From Octopus vulgaris (Eukaryota): a stretch of DNA of 64,000 bases. Location of the stretch: assembly GCA_951406725.2 (NCBI GenBank), contig OX597827.1, positions 32,364,001 to 32,428,000 of the forward strand, written 5' to 3'. Each line of letters begins with the position of its first letter. Positions within the stretch are counted from its first letter, which is position 1. Positions 26,588 to 42,375 of this stretch are shown here, one piece after another. The notes beneath the pieces are model-generated. The model made no database searches and had not been told where the DNA came from. It saw only the letters and a list, made by a program, of their open reading frames with translations. The translations under genes and the position numbers were made by a program.

Positions 26588-27165
26588 ACGGCAAACTTGC
26601 AGAATCGTTAGCAGGTCGGACAAAGTGCTTAGCGTCATTTCTTCCGGCTATTTACGTTATGACTTCAAATCTTGCTCTAGTCAACATAACCTTTCATCCC
26701 TTCGGGATCGATAGAATTAGGTACCAATCAAATACTGGGGTCGACTTAATCCTCTCTTTAATCTTTGTTGCCCTTTAACCCTGCAACACGGGCAACGTTA
26801 CGACCTTCGTCACTTGCAGGCTAGGGAAAACATTAATAGGCCAATGGAAGGCAAAGTTGATCTCGTTGAGAATTGAACTCAGAACGTACTGAGCTAGACA
26901 ACTACCGCAAGGCATTTTTTCCAATACTTTCCCCATTAAACTAGTTTGTCGCCTTCAGGGGTCCCTCATCTAGGTCCAGGATCAGCACTTGAGGCAGGAG
27001 GTGTAAGCCGATACTATTTACCCCAATAATTGTACTTTATTTTATCAACCCTTCAAGGGATAAAATGGAAAAATTGACCTTGGCAGGATTTGAACCCAGA
27101 ACGTAAAGGGCTAGAACAAATACCTAAAGGCATTTTTTTCCTGACGCGCTAACGTTTCTGCCAAT
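26588..27165. mobile_element. cluster of three degenerate family B SINEs (+,-,-)
   Basis: Family B motifs at 26588-26760 (+), 26845-26955 (-), 27010-27165 (-). Confidence 0.7.
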
Positions 27166-27504
27166 AACAAAATGGAGTTTACATTCATTTAATTAATTCT
27201 TGTTTTTCATTATTGTGTTGGAGAAGTTTTAAACACCGAATTTTATTGAAGATGACAGTTTGCCCACCCCTTTCACTTCTCCCAGCTCCCAGCCCCATTC
27301 CTCTGAGAAACTCTGGATTAGACGAGGTTCTATGTATGTAACTATATAAAAAGAAACTTGTTGTTTACTTAAGTTTTCGGCAGAGTTTAAGCAGTCAAAT
27401 GAAATTATAAATAATATTTATAAAAAGTAAAGGTAAGTATTATTGCGTAGAGAGATGTGTGTATTTGACACTTACCATCTGTAGAACAAATAACGGCAAG
27501 AAGC

Positions 27505-27548
<44 letters not shown>

Positions 27549-28446
27549 TATAATAATAATAATAATAACCAACTACAAATGTCTAAATATGTTCGCAGAG
27601 AACACCAAACACCATCTGTAAGAAATTAAATTAACAAGGAGATAAACAATCAAAGTTATTTAAACGAAACATTAAACAAGATGAGGGTAGTTTTAATAAG
27701 CCAAACGGTTTTGATATTCTGTAGCAAGCATAAATTATTAAGTACAGGGGAAATTCGTTTAATATTAGTTAATAACGCTCGTAGCCAGTAGTAATAATTA
27801 ATTATAAAAGGAAGTTTATAACTATTATAATTGTCTGAGTATATTCGGGGGTGTGAAAAGAATGAGGAATTGGATGTTTGTGAAAAGTTGAAGAGATAAC
27901 AGTCATGTGTTACTTATGTTTTAAGAATTTGGTTAGAATAAAAATATGATATTAGGGCATGTAGTGGGTGGAAGATCAGTTTGGCGATAAGAAAGGAAGA
28001 GTAGTGGGAGCTAGGAGAGAAAATTTGGTAGGGAAGCGTAAAATAAAGTTTAGCAAAATTGTCAGAGCAAACATTTGAAATATGTAAAAATTATGTTTTA
28101 AACCGGAGTGTGAATAAACAAGTATGTATAGATGACGTCAAATAGGGGATGTGTAAGGGACTAAGGGAATATACGTGTATACATACGTACACATATATAC
28201 ACATATATATATAAGTATAGATGCGTGTGTGTGTGAAACGAAAACAATAACAAGAGAATATAAAATATATATAAAGCTGAAAGGGGGATAAAGAAAAAGT
28301 AGAATATGAAATGGAATAAACGGTGGACAATACAGGATGATATTCTAATGATTGCATAGAATTAATGAAGAAATATTTCACTTATAATAAAATGTGATAT
28401 GCTTCATAACACAGTCAGACTGGTCGAGAGAAACTAAAACGGTAAA

Positions 28447-28612
28447 CGGAGTGGGAGTAGATGACAATCGGAGTGGGAGTGACAATCGGAGTGGGAGTAA
28501 GTGACAATCGGAGTGGGAGTAAGTGACAATCGGAGTGGGAGTGATAATCGGAGTGGGAGTGATAATCGGAGTGGGAGTAAGTGACAATCGGAGTGGGAGT
28601 AAGTGACAATGC
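28447..28612. repeat. 18/22-bp minisatellite GGAGTGGGAGT(AAGT)GACAATC
   Basis: About 8 adjacent units with no unique spacers. Confidence 0.9.
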
Positions 28613-28784
28613 CGGTGGAATGTGGAGAGAGGTTTTGCTTTGGTGTAATCTAGTATTTTAATCAAGATGAATTTTTGTTGGAAACTTGATTTTATTTTAA
28701 AATTTTCACACAAATACACACGTACATATGTACATACAAACATGCATACATGCATATATATACACACATATATATACATACATA

Positions 28785-29078
28785 TCACCGTGATCACCAT
28801 GACCAACAAGGCTATCAGATGGTCAGAATGCGCTTCGCATTGTTTTAGCCTTCAAATGACGCCACCCCGCTGGCTAAGCGAGCAGGCCAACAGAAGAAAG
28901 AGTGAGAGAAAGTTGCTGCGAAAGAGTACAGCAGGGATCGCCACCACCCCCTGCCGGAGCATCGTGGAGCTTTAGGTGTTTTCGCTCAATAAACACTCAC
29001 AACGCTCGGTCTGGGAAATGAAACCGCTATCCTACGACCGCGAGTCCGCTGCCCTAACCACTGGGCCATTGCACCTCC
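28785..29078 (-). mobile_element. family C SINE
   Basis: Reverse complement of the 11351 head and body. Confidence 0.85.
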
Positions 29079-29200
<122 letters not shown>

Positions 29201-29435
29201 AATTAACATCTAATTTAGGATAAAATTTTTCGAAAAAAATTCTATCAATGGCCAGCATATTAAAAAAAAACCTTTAAAGGTTAAATTTATAAACAATTTA
29301 TAAGTAAGGGCAAAAAGAAAATTTCTAAAGCCAAATTATGCCGAAAATAGACACAACGTCAATAACCATGTAATTTATCACTAAAAGCGCGTTTTTTGAA
29401 GAAAGCCGACAGAAATTTCCAAAAAATCCCGTTAT

Positions 29436-29494
29436 TACCATATCGGACCCGATTTCAGAGTTAGTTCATAAGAACCTTCTCTTCATCAGTGATA
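29436..29494 (-). ncRNA. type I hammerhead ribozyme motif
   Basis: TATCA-CTGATGA-AGAG(aaGGTTCttatGAACTaa)CTCT-GAAA-TCGGgtCCGA-TA-TGGTA; canonical core, AUA site. Confidence 0.88.
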
Positions 29495-29777
29495 AATGCG
29501 GCAAAGAAATAAGTGAAATACTTACTTATACCCATGGAAGAAGTGAACACTGAGTCATGAACACAATTAAGTACCCCAAATATATCCAAAATAGAAACTC
29601 TCTAGCACACCTCGAGACACGTGCGATTCGAACCGAAAAGCTCTCGTGAAGTGAGAGTCCGCAAGTGAACACTATTAAATTAACATCTAATTTAGGATAA
29701 AATTTTTCGAAGAAATTCTTAGTGCTCACTTCTTCCATGGGTATAAGTAAGTATTTCACTTATTTCTTTGCCGCATT

Positions 29778-29836
29778 TATCACTGATGAAAAGAAGGTTC
29801 TTATGAACTAACTCTGAAATCGGGTCCGATATGGTA
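29778..29836 (+). ncRNA. type I hammerhead ribozyme motif (inverted copy)
   Basis: Same motif with one stem II mismatch. Confidence 0.85.
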
Positions 29837-29973
29837 CTAACGGGATTTTTTAGAAGTTTTTTTAGAAATTTCTGTCAGCTTTCTTCGAAACACGTGCTTG
29901 TAGTGATAAATTACATGGTTATTGACGTTGTGTCTATTTTCGGCATTAGAATTTTTTTCTTTTGCCCTTACTT

Positions 29974-30021
<48 letters not shown>

Positions 30022-30031
30022 CATACATACA

Positions 30032-30064
<33 letters not shown>

Positions 30065-30454
30065 GCGTGTGTGTGTGTGTGTATATAGGAAATTATTTGA
30101 CATATGTATATGTATGTATCTGTATGTATATGCATATGTGTGTCTGTGTAACCATCATAATTAATATATGTATACAGACCTGTATTTTCGCAAGGATCTT
30201 CATATTCGTATATCTGTTTGTTTATCATTTCATGCAATCATAATAATATTATACATCATTAAATCTTCATTTTTTTTTAATATTCCACAGGGACGTAAAC
30301 ACACCAACACCGGTTGTCAAGCGATGGTCGGGACAAACACAGACCAAACACACAAACTCGCTGGTGATGTCCTGTACTTAATGTGTTATATATATGAGAG
30401 AGAGAGAGGATATATATATATAAAGCCCATCGTGTGTGTGTATATATATATATA

Positions 30455-30982
30455 CGAGTGTGAGTCAAAAAGTAATGTCATTTTGTTTCGGACAGGTATA
30501 ATTACCAGCACAGGAACATGTATCATACATCAAAATGAAGTTGATCCGCTGTGGATCACATCCCTACTTCTCAACATAGTCACCGTTTCTCTCAATAGCA
30601 ATGTTCCACCTTTGAATGAGAGCATGTATCCCTGCCCCGTAAAATTCTGTTGACTGTTCTTTGAGCCGCTTCTTCACTACCTCCACACTCACCAGATAGC
30701 CTTCAGACTACCATCTCTTCGGCGTCACGAAAGAGGGTTTGAGAGGTAAGCATTATTCCAGTGACGAAGAAGTGAAAAATGTAGTGAAAAAGTGTCTCAA
30801 AGAACAGTCAACAGAATTTTACGGGGCATGGATACATGCTCTCATTCGATGGTGGAACATTGTTGAGAAGTAGGGATGTGATCCATAAAGGACCAACTTC
30901 ATTTTGATGTATGATACATGTCCCTGTGTTGGTAATTATACCTGTCCTAAACAAAATGGCATTACTTTTTGCCTCACCCTCG
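30455..30982. mobile_element. mariner-derived fold-back MITE
   Basis: TA|CGAG.GTGAG.CAAAAAGTAATG TIRs, arms of about 200 bp, internal mariner C-terminus (HSPD..SDYHLF..GLRGKHY). Confidence 0.88.
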
Positions 30983-30994
30983 TATATGCGATGG

Positions 30995-31057
<63 letters not shown>

Positions 31058-31084
31058 CCCCTCGTAGATATATATATATATATA

Positions 31085-31237
31085 TATACGATAGGCTTCT
31101 TCCAGTTTCCGTTCACCAAATCCACTCCTAGAGCTTTGGTCGAACCAAGTAGAAGAGACTTGCCCAAAGTGCCACGCAGTGGGACTGTACCCGGAACTAT
31201 GTAGCGGGGAAACAAACTTCTTACCACACAGCCACGC
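31085..31237 (-). mobile_element. family A SINE head
   Basis: ACTTGCCCAAAGTGCCACGCAGTGGGACTG..TTACCACACAGCCAC. Confidence 0.8.
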
Positions 31238-31269
31238 TAAATTATATTTTTTTCTTCAAATAAGGTTTA

Positions 31270-33641
31270 ACAATTTGATTATTGATATTAAGGATGAAGT
31301 TATAGAGGAGATCAACTCTACCGCATTTGCTTTATTTTTAATTGAGCATGAGGAGTCTACTGACGTAACGTTGTGTTCCAAGTTGATGGCGTTTTTGTAA
31401 GAATTGTTCGCCCAGGTTCGTTTAAATAAAAAGCTTCTTTTTGTCTCCTTTCGAAAAAACTATCAACTCGGCAGATTTGGGGGGGAAGTGTTTCATCTTC
31501 CATAGAATTAGAAAATCGTTTGTGGGATAACATATTTCGCTGCTATACAGATGGAGCTCCAATTGTGTTAGGCACAGCATCTGGATTTCAAGTTTATGTG
31601 GAAACGTGAACTCTGAATATCAAAGAAATTTATTGCTTAATCTATCGTCAGCCACCGATCTGAAAGAAAAAACTTCAGATCCATCTAGGAAGTTGTGGTA
31701 TCAAACAAGTCAAATTGTTCAAACACCCGTGGTCCCTCTAACGGTGACAGCTATTACAAGGGAGATAATAATTTCGTCATAATAAAAAGCAAGAATAGAA
31801 GTTTGAAATTGAAATGAGGAAATTATAAAGAGAATTCACATTTTTGCATTTACCTTTTTAATACGAAGTTCTTAAATTTTCTTGTCGTTAGTAACCATGT
31901 ATAGTAGTATTTTATTCTTTTTAGAAATCCTCAGAATAGAATAAGCTGTGACTTATTAGTTAATCCTTTTAAAAGTGAGACATTTCATTAAAGATAGGAA
32001 TGATTATAGTCTAGTTCAGTTTATGAAATAAGGAACACCCAACTCACAACTTTTTAAGTAGTTATATATGAACGTGGATGCGGACCAACGTTTGTTTTTC
32101 AACACGTGACGGCTTTCAAGAGGAACTATTTTGAGCTGAGAGATGAGATGAAATATTGTTTTGAAGTTCAATATACGATAGATTCTTTTTATAAGGGCTG
32201 AATGGGGAATCAGCACGTTTTTTTTTATTTATAATTCTGGGCAGTCGAATCAACTGAATCTTCAAATGCAAAGAAGAAATATAAGCATTATAAAATATAT
32301 CGACTTCGTGGAAGTCATTTATGAACAGACTGAAAAACTAGAACAGAAAGATCGGCATCAAATAAGTTGCAATATTTGAAAATCTGTCACCAACTAATGT
32401 TCCTGGTTTGAAGCCGAAATACTTCAAAGAATTGACAAAAAAAAACCGGAAATTTTTAACATTTAACAGAACTAAAATAAAAAAGCAATTTCAGTCGATA
32501 TTTTAGTAAAGACCACGAATATGTCAAAGGTAAATAATATAAATAGAATATTTTCACCGATACAGAAATATACCTTTAGATTTGATGTAATCTATGACAT
32601 TGAACAAACCTTTTTCAGTGTCAGAAATTACAAACTACAATCCTACAGAGTTACATAATATACAAAACATCTCATCTTATGGAATATCAGTCCTAATTCT
32701 TCTTTTAGAACCTCAAAATTTCAGTAACGAGAGTTGGATTTAATAGGAAACTCCTTTAAATTATATGCTGGAAAAGCATATAATTTAATCATTATTAATA
32801 AAGCCTATAACACATTCACCGGTTGTTGCTTATCTATATTTCATTTTTCTTTTCATTTTTGAAACAATTGATGTTTACTTATATTCGTAAAAGTATTCTT
32901 CCTAATGATCGTTGCGAGGAATCTCTGGAACTGAAGAATAATTCGAAAGTACGAACCAGAAATCAATCACTGAATTTTTGTCGTTGATGGGCTAAACTTA
33001 CACAAAAGTAGCGTAAAGAACTATACATATATTATTTCTATTTTAGTCTGTTATTACTTAATAGAGTTTTCAAATACGTTACAAATGAGAATGTGACAAT
33101 AAATTAGACCGGGAGTTATTTATTACCTCCGCTGTGACCTTTCAAGCCCTTTTGTAATACACCCAAGAATTGGTGAAGAGAAATCAATCACAGCTTCTTC
33201 ATTAGTTGTGATCATCATCACAATAAAATTAATTAGAATACTGTTATGTAAATTGTGCTAGGATTTGAGTGACTTCCCTTGATAATAAAGGGCATGCGCA
33301 TTTGATGATCAGAGAGAGAGCGCGGCCATTTTGAATAGCATACGCTGAATCGAGAATATCGTGGATAACAATATATGACTTCAAATTAGTTTCTTTGAAC
33401 CAGGAATTACTAGTCATACATAACAAATACCCTAGCATTCTATTGAACTATATATTTACTGAACTATACTTCAGTCAGTTAACACAAGTTTGTGAACTTG
33501 CACCAAAATTTCAAACCATTACTCACACGCAAATCATTTGTAATACTTCTTTTAACTCTTTTAATCATGCAAAGAGGGGAAAATTACATTCTGAAATACG
33601 ACTAAAAGAGTGAAGGGAGCAAAAATAAAATGGTTGGGAAC

Positions 33642-33646
<5 letters not shown>
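31270..33646 (+). pseudogene. decayed hAT (Charlie/Buster-type) transposase with right TIR
   Basis: EESTDVTLCSKLMAF, TDGAPIVLGTASGF, LSRG motifs in order; GGTTGGGAACCACTA terminus at 33632-33646. Confidence 0.7.
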
Positions 33647-33672
<26 letters not shown>

Positions 33673-33763
33673 CTCATGATTCCTACAAAGTTTTCTCTTA
33701 TATCATTAATCTTCACACATTTCTTTACTAACATTCTTGTTTAAATAATCTAATACCTCAAAT

Positions 33764-34012
33764 CAGTGATTCCCAACCATTTATCACCTATGGACCTCTT
33801 TTATTCTTATTTTATTCTACTGGAATCCCATAATCATTCCATGTTTTAAAAAATCCATTATATTTTTGTAATTAAAAATCATTACGAATTGTATAAAGAC
33901 AAAAAAATCTAAAATATTTTGTTGTTGAACAATAATTTATTACAGATAAACTTTAGCAACAAAATGGTATGTAGACCCCAAGGATCGCATGGACCCCGGT
34001 TGAGAAGCACTG
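33764..34012. mobile_element. hAT MITE
   Basis: CAGTGATTCCCAACC / GGTTGAGAAGCACTG TIRs; imperfect 8-bp TSD CCTCAAAT / CATTAAAT. Confidence 0.8.
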
Positions 34013-34274
34013 CATTAAATGCTTTGTGTTCGACAACTTTGCCTTATTTTCTTTTGTTCTTCCCAACCAAATTGTCTACCCACTTTTTACTGCATTTTTT
34101 TTATTGTTATCCTGTCTATTCCCGCCTCGTTTCTACCCGAATGCAGTAAATACATTTTTTATTGTCATGACATTCATAGAACCTATGTAACACATTACTG
34201 TCCTGTGCCTTCTGCATTTTACGCCAACCTTCCACGTGTATTCATAATTCCTCCGTCTTTTCATAACCATAAAT

Positions 34275-34450
34275 CCAAGCCCTCGACTATCGCGGGTGTT
34301 ACGTTCCAAAACCTCCCACATGGATAATTAAAATCTAAAAAAATATAAATACCTATCGGCCAAAGAAACCCGCGATAAATTTATATTTATATTAGCCAGA
34401 AAAATCCGCGATGTACTGATAGGTGAACAGCGATATGGCTAGGGATAAAC
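34275..34450. mobile_element. Tigger/pogo-like MITE, degenerate
   Basis: CCCTCGACTATCGCG ... GCGATATGGCTAGGG imperfect inverted ends. Confidence 0.55.
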
Positions 34451-34473
34451 TTCCTTTTATAATTAATTGCTAA

Positions 34474-34682
<209 letters not shown>

Positions 34683-35124
34683 TTTAGATAGTTTACGACC
34701 ATTGTTAACCACTCATAACTGTATTTTCAAATGAATTTAATCCCTGAAATGCTGAACACAAAATTCCAAGCTCAAAGACATTTCCATTTATTATAAGCTA
34801 ACTCCAACACTATTCCTTAATTTTTTTTACGCCTAACGTAATTGGAATTTATCTCTCCCTAGTTAATTTAATTTCTCACAGATGGCGTTCTATGCAAATG
34901 TAACTTATTTAGATATTCGAAGTTGGATATTTCTTAGGCGGGAAGGGGTTATGGTGCAATTATTTATATTCTAGAGATGTCTCAATTTGCGCATTTGTGC
35001 ATCTTTCTGCACATTAAACTTTCTTGCAGATACAAATTCTCCTATCTTTGTATTTACGTGTTTTAAATTTTATTTATGATATCAATTGACTCTTTAAACT
35101 CCATCAATAATTTCAATTAGCAAA

Positions 35125-35865
<741 letters not shown>

Positions 35866-36186
35866 AATCTCATATGAACCGTATTAAAAACTAATTATTA
35901 CAGTTATCCCTGTCGTACAACAACCAGTAAACATACTGCAACATCTCATTTTGCTTTACTTTACAGAACATAGATTTTCTTCTTTTTTTTCTTCTCCTTT
36001 TCCTCCTGTTTTTCCCTTTTCTGTTACTTCTCACCGTTTCCAAACCCAATTCTTAAGTTACAAAATAATGTAAGAATTCGATCCTTCACTCAACATTTCA
36101 TTCTGTACTGAACTAACTCCCACATCTCCAGAAATGTTAATATCGCCCGTTGCTGTCATTCTATAAGATAATTTTATAAATGTGCG

Positions 36187-36255
<69 letters not shown>

Positions 36256-36637
36256 CCACCCACACACACACATGCACATATATACATATATACATATATA
36301 TATATATATAATCCTTTTTCGGAATAGTATATCTCGAAACACTGGGCCGAAAAGCCCCTTTGATAGAAAAACCCAGCAATTGATAGATAGATAGATAGAT
36401 AGATAATGGGTTTTCATGTAGTTAGCATACTAGACATAATTCCACACCTTTTATCCGTATTTCCTGCTATTAATTCATGACTATGTTGTCTCTTGATCAT
36501 AATTACATGCTTAGATATGCATTTCCCCGCTTAAATTTATTATCTCTACTTTAAAAGTCTTATTAAAGAGTGAAACATCTGTTCAGTTGTCAGCACGCAG
36601 TAAATATATTTATCATACTCTACTGAATTATAAAATA

Positions 36638-36992
36638 CTAGCACTATGACCCGGCAACGCCAGGTCATAGTGCTAGTGCATGCATATACAACTGCGTGCG
36701 TGCGCACATACATGCGAGTACTGTTCAAATCTCCGACCAATCACATACAGCTAGCTGGCATTCAATTGGCGTATCAAGTTTCGGGCATTTTGATTGGGTT
36801 TTGGATAGAAAATTCACAAAAAAGTCACTTCTAATTATCTTTAATGGCTTTGCGGGGTGACTGGGGAAATATGCACGACCACCCTTGGACGGGTTTGAGT
36901 GACAATAGTAAGTGCGAGCCCTCTAACTGAAAAACTGTGGATTTGTATAGAGGACACACACACAGACATTTTGCCGTTTATATATAGAGAGA
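36638..36992 (-). mobile_element. non-autonomous Helitron
   Basis: Minus strand begins A|TCTCTCTATATATAAACGGC and ends with GC-rich hairpin plus CTAG|T. Confidence 0.8.
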
Positions 36993-37672
36993 TTTTAAGT
37001 TCTTTATTGCGGAATATTTTGAGATTTTGTTGTAGAATTTGAATGATAATTCAATCTTTTCTCTGTCAAAGAACTTCTTCATGCTTCTGAAATTTTTATT
37101 TTCGCCGCACAGTGCACCGTTTTATTTTTAGTCCGGACATATTGACGAATTCAAAGCCACCATTTGTTCGTATACGGTACCCCTTGTTATGTTATTTCCG
37201 GGGCGCTCGCTAACTGCAAGTGAATCTTTGGTGTCTTCTATCGCTGCTCAGCGTGTGACTTCGCCTTGCGGGCTTAACTTTTCCACACTACCCACCAGCT
37301 GCAGATTCATTCAGGAGGTTCTTTAGAACTCATCCGAACCTAGTGTGGAGCACAAATGCAAAACAGGAAAAGCAATTCGGGGTTCCTGATGACTTCACTT
37401 TCCTTTAGAATGCAGTCAATCATCACAAGGACAATATTAAAGTGTAGATTCACCAGCACGAAGGTCAAGTCATCCTGCAACCAATGTCATCTCGTTAGAG
37501 TTTGGCTACTTTGCTGATCAAAGAAACAGATATTGTGTTGAGCAGCGGTGTCTTGTCTAACATGATGCGGCCATGATTGGCCAGGACTGTTCTTGACTGA
37601 TAAATAAACCCCGTGAAGTAGAGCGACCGATAAATCGGAAATCTCTGGCTCAACTTTGCTTTTGCTAGACTT

Positions 37673-37870
37673 GTACTCTTTTACTTGTTTCAATCATTCA
37701 ACTACGGCCACGCTGGAGCACCACCTTGAAGTATTTAGTTGATCGAATCGATCCCTGTGCTTATTCTTAATTTGCTACTTGTTCTGTTTCATTTTGCCAC
37801 AGAGCTATGTTAAGAGAACGTAAACAAACCAACATCATCTGCCAAGCGGTAAATGACAAACACAAAGTCG
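37673..37870 (-). mobile_element. family A SINE 3' half
   Basis: CTCTTTTACTTGTTTCA..GCTGGAGCACCACC. Confidence 0.75.
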
Positions 37871-37926
37871 CGCACAGACATAAATATACATATAAATGTG
37901 TGCGTGTATATATCTACATATATATA

Positions 37927-38137
37927 CAAGGGCGGGGTGCTGAAAAGTTCCTGGCTCTGGTAAAAGGAGGATCGGTTAACTATGATTTTATTCAACATAT
38001 TTCCCTCTTACTTTCACACACTTATTGCAGCGGTCCCTCAGTTCTTCCTAAGCCCTGTAAGAGAACTCGGAAGGTTGGGCCTTCAACAAGACCTTTCCCA
38101 ATACCCTTAAATCCAGGAACTTTTCAGCACCCTCTCG
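37927..38137. mobile_element. mariner-type MITE
   Basis: GGGTGCTGAAAAGTTCCTGG / CCAGGAACTTTTCAGCACCC TIRs with TA flanks. Confidence 0.85.
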
Positions 38138-38655
38138 TATGTGTATATGTGTATGTATATGTGTATGTATATGAGTGTGTGTATGTATTATGTATCCCAT
38201 ATACGTGTGTGTGTGTGTGTGCCTGTGTGTGTATGTATGTACCTTATATAAGTATGTGTGTGTGTGTGTGTGTGAGTATGTCTGTCTGTGTATGTATCTT
38301 ACATACGTGTGTGTGCGAGTAGGTTAGGGTTCCGGGCACAATCAAAAGTTACTGGTTGGCTCAGGGCTTGCAGCAGAAGACTTTCTTGTCAGGTGCCAGG
38401 CAGTGGAACTGAACCCGGTGCCATACTGTTGCTAAGTAACCATCTTAACTGCCATGCACATATTCCGTTATTTCATTCTGTACAAACGGCTTTTCATCCA
38501 GTTCCAGCATTAGACATAAGCAACGCCATATAATTTCCCGCCATTAATTCGTATCGAGGCCGACGCTTAATCATAATGATTGGTTCGGAGATCTGCTTTT
38601 CGGAAATTACAATCAGTCGATTAACGGAGAGCGAAACAACGGCTCTGGCGGCCAA

Positions 38656-38717
38656 TACATGCATGCATGCATACATAGATACATACATACATACATACAT
38701 ACATACATACATACACA

Positions 38718-38751
<34 letters not shown>

Positions 38752-39100
38752 CGCGCACACATACATATGTGAACACATATGAAAATGCATATATATAAAT
38801 AGAAGTGTGTGTGTGTGTGTGTGTGTGTTTGTTTGTGTGCGTATGTAGGCATGTGTGTATGTATGTATACATATCTGTACGTACATACGTGCGTATACAC
38901 ACGTATATAGAGAGATATGTTTATACTTATTAGCATGCATGTATCATCTATCTGTGTGTGTATGGGTTTGTGTGTGTGTCAGTGTGTATGTGTGTGCATT
39001 CGTATATATTTGTATGAATGTATATGCAAATATAAATATATGTACACATAGATATAGATATGTGTGTATGTGTATACATATACAAAACACACGTAATTAC

Positions 39101-39143
<43 letters not shown>

Positions 39144-39586
39144 TACACATTCATACATACATACATATACACCACACACATGCATACGTACATATACACA
39201 TACATATGAACATAGTACATAAGTGCATACATATATGTATGCATATATACACACACACATACATACAAATACACATACATACATATACTTACATATACAT
39301 ACATACACATACATATACAGACACATATACATGCATACATACATACATACACATACATTCATACATACATACATACATACATATACATATACATACATAC
39401 ATACATAAACACACATACATACATACAAACATACATACATACATACATACATACATACATACATACATACATACATACATACATACATACATACATACAT
39501 ACATACATACATACATACATACATACATACATACATACATACATACATACATACATACATACATACATGCACACACACATACATAC
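38656..39586. repeat. compound (CATA)n/(GT)n/(TA)n microsatellite field
   Basis: Tandem arrays. Confidence 0.95.
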
Positions 39587-40004
39587 TCAACGACACATCC
39601 AAACACAACAACAAACGAAAACAACAGCAAAAACAAAATAAAATTAGTACTCCAACAGAAACAAACAAACAAAAAACAAATAAACAGACAGACAAAAACA
39701 AACAATACATAAGACAACAACACAAATAAAAAGTAAATAATCGATTTTCTGTCCTGTTGAAATGGGAAAAGATTTCCAGAGCGAATTCCAAGAGGCTGAA
39801 GGAGTTCTTTTTACCTGAACCGATGAGAAATCAATGCCAGGAATGTCATCGAATCTTCCATTCCTGGTGATTGTGTTGACTTTTTAAGTATTGATCTGAT
39901 ATAAATTTCTCTGAAACTATCAACCATTCAATCAAAGCATAATCACGAGGTTTTACATTCATTGTGGAGATAAGTGATAGGTAGAAACAGGCAGACATTT
40001 ATAG

Positions 40005-40753
<749 letters not shown>

Positions 40754-40754
40754 A

Positions 40755-41145
40755 CTCTCTTTTACTTGTTTCAGTCATTTGACTGCGGCCATGCTGGAGC
40801 ACCGCCTTTAGTCGAGCAAATCGACCCCGGGACTTATTCTTTGTAAGCCCAGTACTTATTCTATCGGTCTCTTTTGCCGAACCGCTAGGCGACGGGGACG
40901 TAAACACATCGGTTGTCAAGCAATGCTAGGGGGACAAACACAGACACACAAACACACACATACATATATATATACATATATACGACAGGCTTCTTTCAGT
41001 TTCCGTCTACCAAATCCACTCACAAGGCATTGGTCGGCCCGGGGCTATAGCAGAGGACACTTGCCCAAGATGCCACGCAGTGGGACTGAACCCGGAACCA
41101 TGTGGTTGGTTAGCAAGCTACTTACCACACAGCCACTCCTGCGCC
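40755..41145 (-). mobile_element. family A SINE, full length
   Basis: Complete head, core, internal microsatellite and tail. Confidence 0.92.
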
Positions 41146-41645
<500 letters not shown>

Positions 41646-41649
41646 CCTC

Positions 41650-41960
41650 AATAATAATAAAGGATAAAATTAATTAATTAATTAGTAATTAATAATTCTA
41701 CCAAGTAGTGTTCAGCATGTTAAAAGGACCATTTACGGTAAACTTAAACATTACTTTATATAATTATGAATATAATTATAATTAGGGTTCAGACAAAACA
41801 TTTGCCTTACCACTTACCGAACTTTTATAATTATATTCATAATTATATAAAGTAATGTTTAAGTTTACCATGAATGGTCCTTTTATCATGGTGAACACTA
41901 TTTGGTAGAATTATTAATTACTAATTAATTAATTAATTTTACCATTTATTATTATTGATA
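41650..41960. mobile_element. fold-back repeat, same family as 7575-8010
   Basis: Inverted arms about 41650-41782 / 41826-41958. Confidence 0.65.
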
Positions 41961-42044
41961 TATAGTCTATTGACTATTTTATCTATACGCTAGGCCACTG
42001 GTAATAAAAATTTCTAAAATCTTTATTACCCTGATATATATATA

Positions 42045-42095
<51 letters not shown>

Positions 42096-42181
42096 CATAC
42101 ATACATACATACATACATACATACATACATACATACATTATTTCATTATTATATGATTGAACGCCACGCATCCATTTCCAA

Positions 42182-42241
<60 letters not shown>

Positions 42242-42337
42242 CGGGAAGCTTTATGAAAATAAACAAAAGACGAAGGCAGGTGGAATACAAACAAACGATT
42301 GTATTAGTATGGCGCTCAGGAATATAAATAAAACAAG

Positions 42338-42375
42338 TCTTTTACGTTTCGAGCCTACGCTCTTCAACAGAAAGA
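42338..42375 (-). ncRNA. minimal hammerhead variant (CUGUUGA core)
   Basis: TCTTT-CTGTTGA-A-GAGCgtagGCTC-GAAA-CG-TA-AAAGA. Confidence 0.72.

Noticed and set aside
28447-28612. CRISPR-like appearance of regular repeats
   Set aside because: Units are adjacent with no unique spacers, there are no cas genes, and the context is eukaryotic; it is a minisatellite
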